DNA of 64,000 nucleotides from an uncultured Chlorobiaceae bacterium (GCA_903851535.1 CAINOO010000101.1:6359-70358), one strand, 5' to 3'; shown: positions 30,385 to 40,844, counted from the first letter of the stretch. The notes: generated by a model not told the origin, from the sequence alone. Made by a program: numbers and translations.

Positions 30385-31424
30385 GATTCCTTCTCCATTC
30401 TGAGATCGTTGATGACATCTTTCGGGTTAATCCCTGCCAGGCATGCCCTGCCGCACCGGTTGCAGCCAACGCAGATCTGCTGGCTGGCATTTTCGGCAAA
30501 CCCCCGGTGCTGGTGGTAATAACGGTACTTCAGCCGGTCGCCCTTTTTCGGACGGAAATTGTGCCCGCCCGCCACGACGGCAAAATCGACCAGGTTGCAG
30601 GAGTAGAGTTCTTTTTCGCGTGAAGCTGCCTTCAGGTTGGGAGTAAACGACTCGGTGAGCGAGTAGCAGTAGCAGGAGGGACAGACCATGGCGCAGGTAC
30701 CGCAGTTGAGGCATTTGTCGCCCCATTTTTCCCAGACGGGGGAGTCGAACTCAATGTCGAGAATGGTTGGCAGGGCGGTAACGTCAATTTCGGTTTGAAA
30801 ACCGTTCTGGATCAGTTTGCGCCGCTCAACGAGCATGCAGTTGTCGTCGAAGTTCGGGTCGCGGGTTTCGAACTCTCGCAGGAAGTTGAACGCTTTTGAC
30901 GAGTTGATGGAGAGGTAGTAGTGGTCGCCGATATCCGAACAGAAGAGGTTGAAGCCGGTTGTGACCGTATGATGGTTCATCGATTTGCAGAAACAGTCCG
31001 CCAGGGGCAGATGATCCATACCGATGACAAAGGTGTTTTTGCGTCTGGCCAGATAGTAGGGGGAGGGAAAGTGGCCGTTGAGCAGCACATCGTCAAGAAT
31101 GTTCAGGGCGCTGATATCGCACGCCCTCAGCCCGATAAGCACCACCGGGTTTGCTTCGTAGGTTATCTGTTGCTCCCAGTCATTGCCGTGAAAGAGAAAT
31201 CGCGACAGTTCTTCGCGGAAGGGAAGAAAAAAATGCTTGGCCGATGATGCCGTTGCGCTGTAGTCGAAGGCGATATCATCAACCGATTGTACCTGCTGGA
31301 ACTGGTAGACGGGATTGCCATGGTGGTCGCGATCCACCTGCCGTGGAGCGAAAGAGCTGTTGCTGCGAACAAGGGCATCAATAAACCCTGTGAACTCCTT
31401 TTTGGAAATGACTTTGTAAATCAT
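30345..31424 (-). CDS. hydB: Group 3b hydrogenase beta subunit (4Fe-4S dicluster, AsrA-like)
   Basis: [16 protein letters not shown] and [20 protein letters not shown] before ATG 31424. Confidence 0.9.
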   Translation of the reverse strand: MIYKVISKKEFTGFIDALVRSNSSFAPRQVDRDHHGNPVYQFQQVQSVDDIAFDYSATASSAKHFFLPFREELSRFLFHGNDWEQQITYEANPVVLIGLRACDISALNILDDVLLNGHFPSPYYLARRKNTFVIGMDHLPLADCFCKSMNHHTVTTGFNLFCSDIGDHYYLSINSSKAFNFLREFETRDPNFDDNCMLVERRKLIQNGFQTEIDVTALPTILDIEFDSPVWEKWGDKCLNCGTCAMVCPSCYCYSLTESFTPNLKAASREKELYSCNLVDFAVVAGGHNFRPKKGDRLKYRYYHQHRGFAENASQQICVGCNRCGRACLAGINPKDVINDLRMEKESCVTCVSSSPRKI

Positions 31425-31524
31425 TGCCCCGGACCTCCTTTCTCTCACGTGCTCGGAGAGTGTTTCAGGTGAAAATGCGAGCCGATGCTCGTTGACTCTT
31501 TAACGGTAGGTAAAACTACGCTTT

Positions 31525-32766
31525 TTACGGCCTTTTTTCAAGCTTGTAGACCTTGTCGTTTTTTTTCACCTTTGCGCACTTGACGGTGACGCTGTCTCCC
31601 TTGTTGGCCTCCGTAGCAGGCTGATCGTTGGTGTAAAAGGTTTCGGCAATACAGGTGACAACTCCGGTTTTTGGCCCGAGGATTGAGAGTTTGTTGCCGC
31701 TCTTGAGCGTTCCGGCGTACATGAGAAATTCAGCCACCCCGGCTTTTGGATAATATTTCTTTACCTCTCCGATGTAGCTTTTTTTTTCTTCTGCCAGAGA
31801 ACCGTACTCCCGGATCCATGCGTCAAAGGGTTTGCCAAAATAAAACCCCTCCGAAAATCCCCGGTTGTAGACCAGGGCAAGCTCCTTTTTGAGCTTGATG
31901 GTCAGTTGGCTGTACTCACTCCTGAAGTTTGTATCGCTACGGTGAAAGGTGCAGAAATCGAGCGCAGAGCGGTAGGCGCCAGTGGCCGTCTGTATATATT
32001 CCGGGCTGCGACTTCTTCCCTCAATCTTGAAGGCGCCAATCCCCGCATCCATGAGCACATCAAGAAACTCAATGGCACAGAGATCTTTGGGGCTCATCAC
32101 ATAATCCGTTCCAAGCTCAAGCTCCTCATTTTCCTCACTGTCGGTAATGATATACTGGCGGCGGCAGGGCTGCACGCACTCCCCACGGTTGGCCGAGCGG
32201 CCAAAGAGCTCCTGCGACATGAAGCAGCGCCCCGAAACTGCGACGCACATCGCCCCGTGCACAAAACACTCAATTCGTACGTCAAGTCGGTCGCTCTTTA
32301 TTTTATCGGTAATATGTCGTACCTGCTCAAGGGTGAGCTCTCGAGCCAGTACAATCATTTTTGCGCCAAGGTTTGCATAGAACTTGACTGCACGGTAGTT
32401 GCTGACTGACGCCTGTGTCGAAACATGAAAAGTCATGTCAGCCTTACGGCACGCGTCAATGACTGCTATGTCGGAGCAGATAATGGCGTCAATACCTGCT
32501 TCTTTTGCGGCCGACACGGTCTGCGTCATCTTCTTCAGTTCAACGTCATAGACAATGGTATTGAGTGCCAGATACCCATTTGCCTTGTACGCTGTGCAGA
32601 GCCTCTTCAGCTCGGGAAAGTCCGCCGGAGTGAAATTGCTGCTTCCGGCACGCATGTTATAGCCTTCGGCACCAAAGTAGACCGCATCAGCGCCAGCCTT
32701 CAGCGCCGTTACCAAGCCGGTCATGTCGCCCGCAGGCGCAATCAGTTCAACCTTTTTTTCCTGCAT
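31525..32766 (-). CDS. Peptidase U32 family protein (Fe-S RNA/quinone hydroxylase-type)
   Basis: [40 protein letters not shown]. Confidence 0.9.
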   Translation of the reverse strand: MQEKKVELIAPAGDMTGLVTALKAGADAVYFGAEGYNMRAGSSNFTPADFPELKRLCTAYKANGYLALNTIVYDVELKKMTQTVSAAKEAGIDAIICSDIAVIDACRKADMTFHVSTQASVSNYRAVKFYANLGAKMIVLARELTLEQVRHITDKIKSDRLDVRIECFVHGAMCVAVSGRCFMSQELFGRSANRGECVQPCRRQYIITDSEENEELELGTDYVMSPKDLCAIEFLDVLMDAGIGAFKIEGRSRSPEYIQTATGAYRSALDFCTFHRSDTNFRSEYSQLTIKLKKELALVYNRGFSEGFYFGKPFDAWIREYGSLAEEKKSYIGEVKKYYPKAGVAEFLMYAGTLKSGNKLSILGPKTGVVTCIAETFYTNDQPATEANKGDSVTVKCAKVKKNDKVYKLEKRP

Positions 32767-32870
32767 GTACAATGTTTATATGAGAGAACAGCAACACCCC
32801 TGTTTCCTGCTTGCCGTGAGGTGACGCATCGCATCACTGCAAATAATGTACGCAAGCGTCAACAATAATC

Positions 32871-32897
32871 ACTCATGAATTGAATGGTTTCATGAGT
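32871..32897. promoter_or_regulatory. 9-9-9 inverted repeat between divergent genes (candidate operator)
   Basis: ACTCATGAA-ttgaatggt-TTCATGAGT. Confidence 0.4.
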
Positions 32898-33077
32898 ATA
32901 CCCCATCTTCAGTTTGTCGGCACAACCGCACCCTCATGATATACGAGCCAAATGGAAGCGATGAAAAAAAATAACGTTGATGACTTTTCTTATAAAACTT
33001 TTTGAAAAAATGCATGAAAATTAGTAGAATAGAGAGGAGAACTTTGTATGTTTCTTGAACTTAAATGAGCTAAACCA

Positions 33078-33659
33078 ATGAAAAAAAGATTATTTTTGCC
33101 TTTATTGCTTGCTGGTATGTGGGCCACACCAGCTTTTGCAACCCCTTACGTCAGCGTGTCGGCAGGTTTGGGTCTGCTTGGTGATTCCACTGTAAAAACC
33201 GCTGGGCTTACTATCGATAATGCGTTTGGATATAAAGCCGGAGTTCCGGTTGGTGTTGCGGTTGGTTTTAAGGCCGACGAGTTTCGTCTTGAGGGTGCTG
33301 TTGGCTATCAGTCTCACACAATAGATGAAGTTGGTGCTGGTGATATTTCCATCTGGTCGTTCATGGGTAATGGTTATTATGATATCTCCATGGCCGATTC
33401 CTCTGTTACTCCCTATCTGACAGCAGGTCTTGGTTTTGCTTCAATTAGCGCAAGTAATGGCGGCTTGGATGCAACTGAGTTTGCCTGGCAGCTTGGTGCC
33501 GGTGTTGGCTTCAAGGCGTCCGAGAATGTTGTCGTTGATCTTGGCTACCGTTATTTTAGAACATCAGACGTACATGTTGCTGATTATGGCCTAGGGATTC
33601 CGGCGGATATCAGTATTGCCGGCAGCAATATTCTCGCTGGTATCAGGTACAGCTTCTAA
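33078..33659 (+). CDS. Small outer-membrane beta-barrel protein (OmpA-TM/opacity-porin-like)
   Basis: Signal peptide, TPYLTAGLG, FAWQLGAGVG, DLGYRYF, terminal GIRYSF. Confidence 0.88.
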   Translation: MKKRLFLPLLLAGMWATPAFATPYVSVSAGLGLLGDSTVKTAGLTIDNAFGYKAGVPVGVAVGFKADEFRLEGAVGYQSHTIDEVGAGDISIWSFMGNGYYDISMADSSVTPYLTAGLGFASISASNGGLDATEFAWQLGAGVGFKASENVVVDLGYRYFRTSDVHVADYGLGIPADISIAGSNILAGIRYSF

Positions 33660-33690
33660 GGGTTTTTCCCTGTTTTCAATGCTTACTTTT

Positions 33691-33722
33691 CCGGCAGGGG
33701 TTTTCTCCTGCCGGTTTTTTTT
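33691..33722 (+). terminator. Rho-independent terminator
   Basis: CCGGCAGG...CCTGCCGG plus a T run. Confidence 0.8.
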
Positions 33723-33763
33723 ATCCAGCCATCTGTCGCCAGCCAGCGCAATCGTCAACCCTT

Positions 33764-34159
33764 TTATTCAAATTCGATGAGTGCCTGGCCGCTTTTTACG
33801 GCCTCTCCCGGCAGGGCCATTATTTTTTTGACGGTACCATCCGTATGGGCTGTGATATTTGTCTCCATTTTCATGGCCTCAAGCACGACCAGCAGGTCGT
33901 CTACCTGAAGCTTCTGCCCAACCTGAACATTAACCCGCTGTACAATCCCTGCTATGGGACTACGGCAGACCTTATCGTCAGGCAGACCGTCCGCAACGGG
34001 CTGCATTGCCAGAGGCTGAGGCGATGGCGCGACAATCTGCTTCGACTGGATGGTTGAGGTCAGTTCCTGGAAGGATTCCGGTGTCCGGATCTCCTCTCCT
34101 TCCAATACATCCACGTCAACGACATATTTATTTCCGTCTATGGTCAAGATCAATTGCAC
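33764..34159 (-). CDS. Biotin carboxyl carrier protein (transcarboxylase 1.3S-like)
   Basis: EAMKM biotinylation motif, SPIAG. Confidence 0.92.
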   Translation of the reverse strand: MQLILTIDGNKYVVDVDVLEGEEIRTPESFQELTSTIQSKQIVAPSPQPLAMQPVADGLPDDKVCRSPIAGIVQRVNVQVGQKLQVDDLLVVLEAMKMETNITAHTDGTVKKIMALPGEAVKSGQALIEFE

Positions 34160-34170
34160 GGTATGATTCC

Positions 34171-34380
34171 TTATTTAGTGGTGCTGAAGGTATGTGACGA
34201 CTGGATGGAGACACGCCCCTGTTGAGACCAGGAACTCGGTCCCTGATTGCTGATGAAGCGGGCCCGGCGAATCCGGACGTTCTTTCCCAGATAGGCGGCG
34301 ATGGCCGCCGACATGATGACCAGCAGTTCCTGGGTTATTTTTGGCTCACTGTTTGTGTGCTCACAGATGGTTGTTTCCAT
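34171..34380 (-). CDS. Small accessory subunit of biotin-dependent carboxyltransferase (OadG/MmdD/AccE-like)
   Basis: LVIMSAAIAAYLG...WSQQGR. Sits in the operon between 12S and 1.3S. Confidence 0.7.
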   Translation of the reverse strand: METTICEHTNSEPKITQELLVIMSAAIAAYLGKNVRIRRARFISNQGPSSWSQQGRVSIQSSHTFSTTK

Positions 34381-34391
34381 TGGGCGTAGCG

Positions 34392-35936
34392 TTAAAGTGG
34401 AATCAGCCCGTGTTTCTTCTGGGGTCTGAATTCCCGTTTGGAATGGAGAAAATCGAGTGACATGGCAATATAACGGCGCGTTTCAGCCGGTTCGATGATG
34501 TCATCAACCTGAAAGTGTGCGGCGGCGGCGTATGGGGTAGCGAAGGTTTCTCGGTACTCCTTGACCAGTTCCTGACGGCGCACTGCGGGATCGGCCGCTT
34601 TTTTGATTTCGTTGCGGAAGATAACATCTACGGCACCATCGGCGCCCATGACGGCGATCTCGGCCGAAGGCCAGGAGACGACCCTGTCTGCGTCGAGGTC
34701 CTTGCTGCACATGGCCAGATAGGCTCCACCATAAGCTTTGCGCAGCACGACGGTGATTTTCGGTACGGTGGCAGCGGCGTAAGCGAAGAGCATCTTGGCG
34801 CCATGACGGATAATTCCGCCGTGCTCCTGCTCGACGCCAGGCAGGAAGCCGGGGACATCAACAAAGGTGACAAGAGGTATGTTGAAGGCGTTGCAGAATC
34901 GGATGAAACGCGCCGCCTTGTCTGATGCGTTGATGTCGAGCACACCGGCCATGAAGTTCGGCTGGTTGGCAACGATTCCTATGGCGCGCCCCTGAATCCT
35001 GGCAAAACCTATGACAATATTGGGGGCAAAGGAGGATTGCACCTCCATGAAATCAGCACTGTCAACGATATGGCCGATAACTTCCCGCACGTCGTATCGC
35101 TGTTTCGGATCAAGGGGAATGACGGAGTTCAGGCGCTTGTCAGGAATGATAATATCGTTTGCCTCCAACTGGGGTGAGTCCTCAAGATTGTTGGAAGGGA
35201 GAAATGAGAGGAGCCGTTTGCAGATGGCAACGGCCTCCAGATCGTCCTCGGCGATGAAGTGTACCACCCCTGAGTTATTCATCTGGGCTGTCGCGCCTCC
35301 CAGCTCTTCAGCCGTAACGACCTCTCCGGTTACGGCCTTGATGACCGAAGGGCCGGTAATGAACATCAGTGCCGAACGGGTTTGTATGATGAAGTCGGTC
35401 AAGGCCGGGCTGTAGGCTGCTCCGCCAGCACAGGGGCCGCAGATGATCGAGATTTGGGGGACAACTCCGGAAAGCATGACGTTGTTATAGAAAACTTTGC
35501 CGTAGCCGGAGAGGCTGTCGATACCCTCCTGGATACGCGCGCCGCCTGAGTCGTTGATCATGACAAAGGGCGAGCCCGTCTTCAGCGAAGACTGCATCAT
35601 CTGCACAATTTTGTTGCAGTGGGCCTCACCGGCCGATCCGCCGACGACGGTAAAATCCTGACTGGCAAGATGCACCAGCCGGCCGTTTATACTGCCAGCC
35701 CCGGTGACGACACCATCTGCCGCCATCTCCTTGTCCGTCATGCCGAAGTTGGTGCAGCGATGTTTGGCAAAAAGTCCTGATTCTTGGAAACTATCCTGAT
35801 CAAGGAGTGCGCTGATGCGTTCACGTGCGCTGAGGCTGCCGGCCTCGTGCTGGCGGTCGAGTTTTTCCTGACCACCTCCCAATTGCAATTTTTCCTTCCT
35901 CTGGTTCAGATCCTGTACTATCTCTTCAATATTCAT
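34392..35936 (-). CDS. Acyl-CoA carboxyltransferase (transcarboxylase 12S/PccB-like)
   Basis: DSGGARIQEG, GPCAGGAAYSP, DVPGFLPG, RKAYGGAY, terminal KHGLIPL. Confidence 0.93.
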   Translation of the reverse strand: MNIEEIVQDLNQRKEKLQLGGGQEKLDRQHEAGSLSARERISALLDQDSFQESGLFAKHRCTNFGMTDKEMAADGVVTGAGSINGRLVHLASQDFTVVGGSAGEAHCNKIVQMMQSSLKTGSPFVMINDSGGARIQEGIDSLSGYGKVFYNNVMLSGVVPQISIICGPCAGGAAYSPALTDFIIQTRSALMFITGPSVIKAVTGEVVTAEELGGATAQMNNSGVVHFIAEDDLEAVAICKRLLSFLPSNNLEDSPQLEANDIIIPDKRLNSVIPLDPKQRYDVREVIGHIVDSADFMEVQSSFAPNIVIGFARIQGRAIGIVANQPNFMAGVLDINASDKAARFIRFCNAFNIPLVTFVDVPGFLPGVEQEHGGIIRHGAKMLFAYAAATVPKITVVLRKAYGGAYLAMCSKDLDADRVVSWPSAEIAVMGADGAVDVIFRNEIKKAADPAVRRQELVKEYRETFATPYAAAAHFQVDDIIEPAETRRYIAMSLDFLHSKREFRPQKKHGLIPL

Positions 35937-35972
35937 GGTGTTCCGACTCTGCTCTGAATTTTTATATGATAA

Positions 35973-37472
35973 TTACTGGTAAGGTGTTACCGTGACCTTA
36001 TGCTGCCGGCCGCTCAAGGTCACGGAGTAGGTGATGGGGCCGGTGATCGCCCCCTGGTGCCCCTCTGCAGGTTGTGTTTCCGATTCGCCGGTTGCAGGGT
36101 TCCGTCCAAGGTTGCGAGGCCCCTCGTGGCGTTCAGCAAAAAATTTTGGCGCCACCTGCGGGAACATGGCATAAGTCAGTACATCTTCAGTTGTACCGTT
36201 GCAGCCGGTCAGGGCCAGGGCTGCCGAGCGGAGCTTGTCCCACTCCGGTTTCAGGAGATTTGCTGGTCGGCAGTGGATCTGCTTTTTATGGGCATGCTCG
36301 TGTGCCAGTTTTACAACATCGGGATTTTTTTCGCCAGGTACTGCGCCATAATAACCGAGCATGAGGTCGGCAAATTCTCCGGTCAGTACCTTGTATCTTC
36401 CCATAAGGACATTCAGTACCGCCTGGGTGCCCACGATCTGGCTACTGGGTGTAACAAGGGGAACATACCCGGTATCCTTGCGGACAAGAGGAATTTCCTC
36501 CAGCACCTCTTTCATCCGGTCACCTGCACCCTGCTGCTTGAGTTGACTCTCCATGTTCGAAAGCATGCCGCCAGGGATCTGGCTCTTGAAGATCTCTGTT
36601 TCCACACCGGTAACCTGGGAGAGAAACTCGCTGTAACGTCCCAGTACGGTCATGAAATGCCTTTTTACCTTCTGTATCCGTTCAAGGTCAACCCGGGTGG
36701 TAAATTCGGTGCCTTCAAGCATTTCGATGAAGCTCTCCGTGGGATTGTGCCCAGGTCCAAGGCTCATTGAGCTGATTGCGGTATCGACGCAGTCAACACC
36801 AGCCTCAACCGCCTTCATCAGGCTGACCAGTGTAACGCCGGTGGTGGCATGGGCATGGATATGAACTCGCAACTCCTTTCCGCAAGCGTCTTTTATCCCC
36901 TTTACGATATCGTAGGCGGCCTGAGGCTTGATGAGAGCCGCCATATCCTTTATGCAGAGGGAGTCGATCCCCATATCCTGCAATCTTTTTGCCTGGTCAA
37001 CAAAGAGAGCCGTGGTGTGAATGGGGCTGACGGTATAGGAGATTGTCCCCTGGGCATGTGCACCAGCCTTTTTTACCGCCCGCACCGAGGTCTCAATATT
37101 ACGCAGGTCATTGAGTGCGTCAAAAATGCGGAAGACGTCGATACCATTTTCTGCCGACTTGTTGCAGAAGCGCTCCACCACTTCATCCTGATAGTGGCGA
37201 TATCCCAGTAAATTCTGGCCGCGCAACAACATCTGCAGCGGAGTTTTGGGCATGAGCCGCTTGAAGGTGCGCAACCGCTCCCATGGGTCTTCGTTCAGAA
37301 AGCGGATGCAGGAGTCGTAGGTTGCTCCGCCCCAGCACTCCAGTGACCAGTAGCCAGCCTCATCAAGGTTTTGGCAGGCTCCGATCATATCTTCAATGCC
37401 AAGTCTGGTGGCTATCAGGCTCTGGTGTGCGTCCCGCAGGGCAAGCTCCGTTATATCAATGATTCTCTTTAT
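35973..37472 (-). CDS. Methylmalonyl-CoA carboxytransferase 5S subunit / OadA-like pyruvate carboxyltransferase domain (apparent ATA start)
   Basis: The in-frame extension upstream of the ORF-track ATG reads IKRIIDITELALRDAHQSLIATRLGIED. Also present: ECWGGAT, IKDMA, HAHATTG, QIPGGM, VTPSSQIVG. No C-terminal biotin domain. Confidence 0.88.
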   Translation of the reverse strand: MKRIIDITELALRDAHQSLIATRLGIEDMIGACQNLDEAGYWSLECWGGATYDSCIRFLNEDPWERLRTFKRLMPKTPLQMLLRGQNLLGYRHYQDEVVERFCNKSAENGIDVFRIFDALNDLRNIETSVRAVKKAGAHAQGTISYTVSPIHTTALFVDQAKRLQDMGIDSLCIKDMAALIKPQAAYDIVKGIKDACGKELRVHIHAHATTGVTLVSLMKAVEAGVDCVDTAISSMSLGPGHNPTESFIEMLEGTEFTTRVDLERIQKVKRHFMTVLGRYSEFLSQVTGVETEIFKSQIPGGMLSNMESQLKQQGAGDRMKEVLEEIPLVRKDTGYVPLVTPSSQIVGTQAVLNVLMGRYKVLTGEFADLMLGYYGAVPGEKNPDVVKLAHEHAHKKQIHCRPANLLKPEWDKLRSAALALTGCNGTTEDVLTYAMFPQVAPKFFAERHEGPRNLGRNPATGESETQPAEGHQGAITGPITYSVTLSGRQHKVTVTPYQ

Positions 37473-38021
37473 GATAACCCCACTTGATGATGTTAGATGT
37501 ACGATAATTTCTTTTTAAAATCGGCGTTCAACGGCTGGCGTGTTTTTTTAAAGCAGAGAGAACCAACTGTTGAGTCACCGGGTACAGTGTAAAAAATCCT
37601 GAACCCCCCCGGGCTTTTTTTACCTGGAAATTCGACGTTTTCGTCCAAAATTTCAGGTCAGCCCTGCAAGGCGGCAATATAATAAACAGGAATAAAAATC
37701 ATGCATGATCGTTGACGTAAATAAATGTCACTAAAAAAAACATAACTTCATTTCATGTAATGAAATGTGATGGATATTCCGGTTCCGTTGCAAGAAAAAT
37801 ATATTCAATATTTTTGCATTTCGAACTCAGCTTGCAGGTATTTTCTCACGGTTACGCAGCTTTTGATGGAAAACGTCCATGCCATGCTCAGATATCGAAG
37901 AGAAAAAAGAGCTCGTCAGGTGGGGTGGCAAGATGGCGATAACAGATGAGTGGAGTGGTTATTGGGGGGAAAGAGCGCGGGAGTCTTTTTAAGGATCTAA
38001 TCATAACATTTCCGCAAATAA

Positions 38022-38061
38022 GAGGGGAAGTCAACGCCGCAGTGTCAAGAGACCTCCCCTC
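38022..38061 (-). terminator. Terminator-like hairpin downstream of the beta-propeller gene
   Basis: GAGGGGAAGTC...GACCTCCCCTC inverted repeat with AT-rich flanks. Confidence 0.55.
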
Positions 38062-38101
38062 ATTATTCTTTTATGATTGCTCCGTCTATTCAGGGCTTTG
38101 A

Positions 38102-38917
38102 CTAACGGGTCAGGTCACCGTACACGAGGTTTGTTTGGGGCCAGGTAAATCCCTGTTTTTGTACACCTGTCAAGGAGTAATTGTAGAGATGGTTGGCAGA
38201 ACTCACATAAACATCATTATCTGAACCGCCGACAATTCCGCCAATGTCAAAAGGGGTCTGGACAAATGAGTACTGATTCAGGGTGATCAAATCCCTGACC
38301 GTGAAACCATGCTGTGAACCAGAGTATGTAGCCAGTAATTTGCCACAGATAACAGCTACATCGGTATAGACAACGCCTGCATCAGGAAATGTCATGACGG
38401 TCAAGAGAGTGCCGTTGGTGCCATAACGGTATAACCTGTTCCCGGATGCCAGATAAAGATCATTATTTGTGCCGGCAGCTATACCATTGATACTGAAGTT
38501 GGTGGGAACAAAAGCGAGTTGGTTCAGAGCCAGATCGCGGACAGTGAACCCCTGTTGAGAACCATTATAGGATGCATAGACACGGTCACCTCGAATTGAG
38601 ATATCCGTATAGTTTACATGGGTATCAGGAAAATTCATCTCTCTGAGTAAAGCGCCACTTACTGAATAGTTGTAAATATGATTGTTGCAAACCATGTACA
38701 GATCATTATTCGGACCGGCCGCAATGCCATTGACCGGATGTGGAGTTTGGATAAATGAGAGCTGCTGCAATTTTAATGTACGTACGGTGACACCCTGCTG
38801 AACACCATTGTATGCCGCAAAAAAGTTGTTTGCATGAGCAATGCGCGTTACACACAAAAAGAAGGCTAATAGAGCGGTAACCTTGAAAAGTCTTGTAAAA
38901 TCAAATTTTTTGTTCAT
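38102..38917 (-). CDS. Secreted repeat protein, probable 6-bladed beta-propeller
   Basis: Signal peptide (AHA/N). Three ~78-aa repeats: YxGxQxG(V/F)TVR...GI..G.xND(L/V)Y...Y.Y...G.....(F/W)P.....YxD. GGAGG RBS. Confidence 0.78.
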   Translation of the reverse strand: MNKKFDFTRLFKVTALLAFFLCVTRIAHANNFFAAYNGVQQGVTVRTLKLQQLSFIQTPHPVNGIAAGPNNDLYMVCNNHIYNYSVSGALLREMNFPDTHVNYTDISIRGDRVYASYNGSQQGFTVRDLALNQLAFVPTNFSINGIAAGTNNDLYLASGNRLYRYGTNGTLLTVMTFPDAGVVYTDVAVICGKLLATYSGSQHGFTVRDLITLNQYSFVQTPFDIGGIVGGSDNDVYVSSANHLYNYSLTGVQKQGFTWPQTNLVYGDLTR

Positions 38918-39186
38918 TTGCTCCTCCCTTGTTAAAATTACAGATAAGATAATGTGCAATCCTGCTGTAACTCAAGCCACGTCATCCCGCGCCTGACACA
39001 AACGCCATAATGTGCCGCAAGCCAGCCCTTTTGCCTCTGCCAACACTGTCAATGTAAAAAACAGATTGTGATTATTAATAAAATAAGGCATGAATACACC
39101 GCAATTACAGGCTGTGTAAGGCGCTTCGGGATATTTCGTTCAGAAGAGTTAAATTACCGTGAATTGAAAATAAAGCCTACAAATCT

Positions 39187-39987
39187 ATGACCGAACGTTT
39201 TTTTCTGAAACTGCTGCTGGTACTTTTTGCCGGGCTTATTGCGGCTGAAGTGCTGGTTGTTGTGCTTTTCGGGCTGCGACTTGAGTTGATTCTTTTCTGC
39301 GTTATTGTTGTCGCGGCTTTGGCTGGCATTGCGGTTGTGGTACAGCTTCTGTTGGGGGATCGGAGGGAAATTGACTCGGTTTCAATGCGGCGTGCAATGC
39401 AGAAGCGCGGCGGTATCATGCAGGATCGGCTTAAGGAGTATGCTATTGATGAAGAGTTTATTGGAGGAAAAACAGTGAAGCGCCAGAAAGGAAGCGCTTC
39501 CGCAGCCGCGCTTTCTGAACGCTTGCGTGGAAGCCAGAGAGAGTCGGCATCTCCGGTTCCGGTATCAATTGAAGAGGCAATCAGGCTTCATGCAGAGATG
39601 TACGGGGGACTTGCGCAGTTGCTGCAACTGATGGAGAAGATTGATGAAGCCTCGTTTGGTCGGCTGGTGCAAAAAGGCGGTATGGGTGATCTTTCACGCG
39701 AAGAGGTAATGCTCAAGATTACCTGTATGATTGAGGAACATACTTTTTCGGGCGGGGCTGCCGGCCAGAAGCCCTGCACTCTCGAAAGCTATTCTATGGA
39801 GAGAGAGAGTTTTGACGACTATATCCGCCGGAGCATGAACGGGGCGGTGGAGGATTCGGAGGACGGTTTTTCCGTTGAACTCGACGGCGCCGCCCTCTCA
39901 AAGGGTACCGGTGTACCTCCAGTAAATTTTTCCCACGATCCGAAATCGGTGATTGCAAGTCTTAAAAGGGCGGGATCTCACTCATGA
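39187..39987 (+). CDS. Hypothetical membrane protein (2 N-terminal TM helices)
   Basis: Long ORF, ATGA-coupled to the downstream trmH-like gene. Confidence 0.7.
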   Translation: MTERFFLKLLLVLFAGLIAAEVLVVVLFGLRLELILFCVIVVAALAGIAVVVQLLLGDRREIDSVSMRRAMQKRGGIMQDRLKEYAIDEEFIGGKTVKRQKGSASAAALSERLRGSQRESASPVPVSIEEAIRLHAEMYGGLAQLLQLMEKIDEASFGRLVQKGGMGDLSREEVMLKITCMIEEHTFSGGAAGQKPCTLESYSMERESFDDYIRRSMNGAVEDSEDGFSVELDGAALSKGTGVPPVNFSHDPKSVIASLKRAGSHS

Positions 39988-40793
39988 AGCCCTTTGCAAT
40001 CGCACCATTAAGCAAAGCGAAGCTTCAGAAGTATGCCCGGCTTCATCAGAAAAAGTTCAGGGATCAGGAGGGACTCTTTCTTGCCGAAGGGCTTCGTACG
40101 GTCAGGGAACTCTGTCTGAACCTGCCCGGAGAGGAGATGCTTGTCGCCCTGCTTGTCAGGGAGGGAGAATCGGAGGTTGCCCGTTTTGCTCAACCCTGGA
40201 AAGGAAAGCTCTTTTCGATAAGCGAAAAAGAGTGCTCGCGGATTGCCGAAACCGCAACGTCCCAGGGGATTTTTGGCGTTTTCCGTCAGCAACCATCTCC
40301 AGACCCTGCCGCAAAAACTTTATTGGCAAAGTCCGTCAGATCACTCATCGTTGTGCTCGATGAAGTTCAGGATCCGGGCAATGTGGGTACTATACTGAGA
40401 ACTGCGGTCTGGTTTGGGGCTGATGCAATTGTTTGCAGTTCCGGCACTGCTGACCGATACAATGCAAAGGCGGTTCGCTCATGCGCTGGAAGTATTTATG
40501 CAATAAACCATTACGGTGTTGATCGCCTTGACCTTGAACTCCGGCGATTTCAGGATCAGGGTTTTTGCATTGTTGGCTCGTCGCTTGAGGGAAAAGATTT
40601 TCGGGAGTTCAGCTCCTGGCCGGAAAAACAGGTGCTCGTTATTGGCAACGAAGCCAACGGTATCAGTGAAGCGGTGAGGGCAGTGGCCGACCGGCTGGTG
40701 CGCATACCCCACGGCGGTACAAGTGTGCGGGTTGAATCGCTCAACGCCTCAGTCTCTGCTGCCATCTTGATGGAGCGGTTAACGCTCTCGTGA
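39984..40793 (+). CDS. TrmH/SpoU-family RNA 2'-O-methyltransferase
   Basis: QDPGNVGTILRTA, LVIGNEANG, ESLNASVSAAI. Confidence 0.92.
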   Translation: MKPFAIAPLSKAKLQKYARLHQKKFRDQEGLFLAEGLRTVRELCLNLPGEEMLVALLVREGESEVARFAQPWKGKLFSISEKECSRIAETATSQGIFGVFRQQPSPDPAAKTLLAKSVRSLIVVLDEVQDPGNVGTILRTAVWFGADAIVCSSGTADRYNAKAVRSCAGSIYAINHYGVDRLDLELRRFQDQGFCIVGSSLEGKDFREFSSWPEKQVLVIGNEANGISEAVRAVADRLVRIPHGGTSVRVESLNASVSAAILMERLTLS

Positions 40794-40800
40794 ACCCACA

Positions 40801-40844
40801 AAAGGGTTTGTATAACCCTCCTTAGCGGTTTCAGACCCTCTTTT
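40801..40844. terminator. Probable terminator between convergent genes
   Basis: AGGGTTTG...CAGACCCT plus a T run. Confidence 0.5.
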
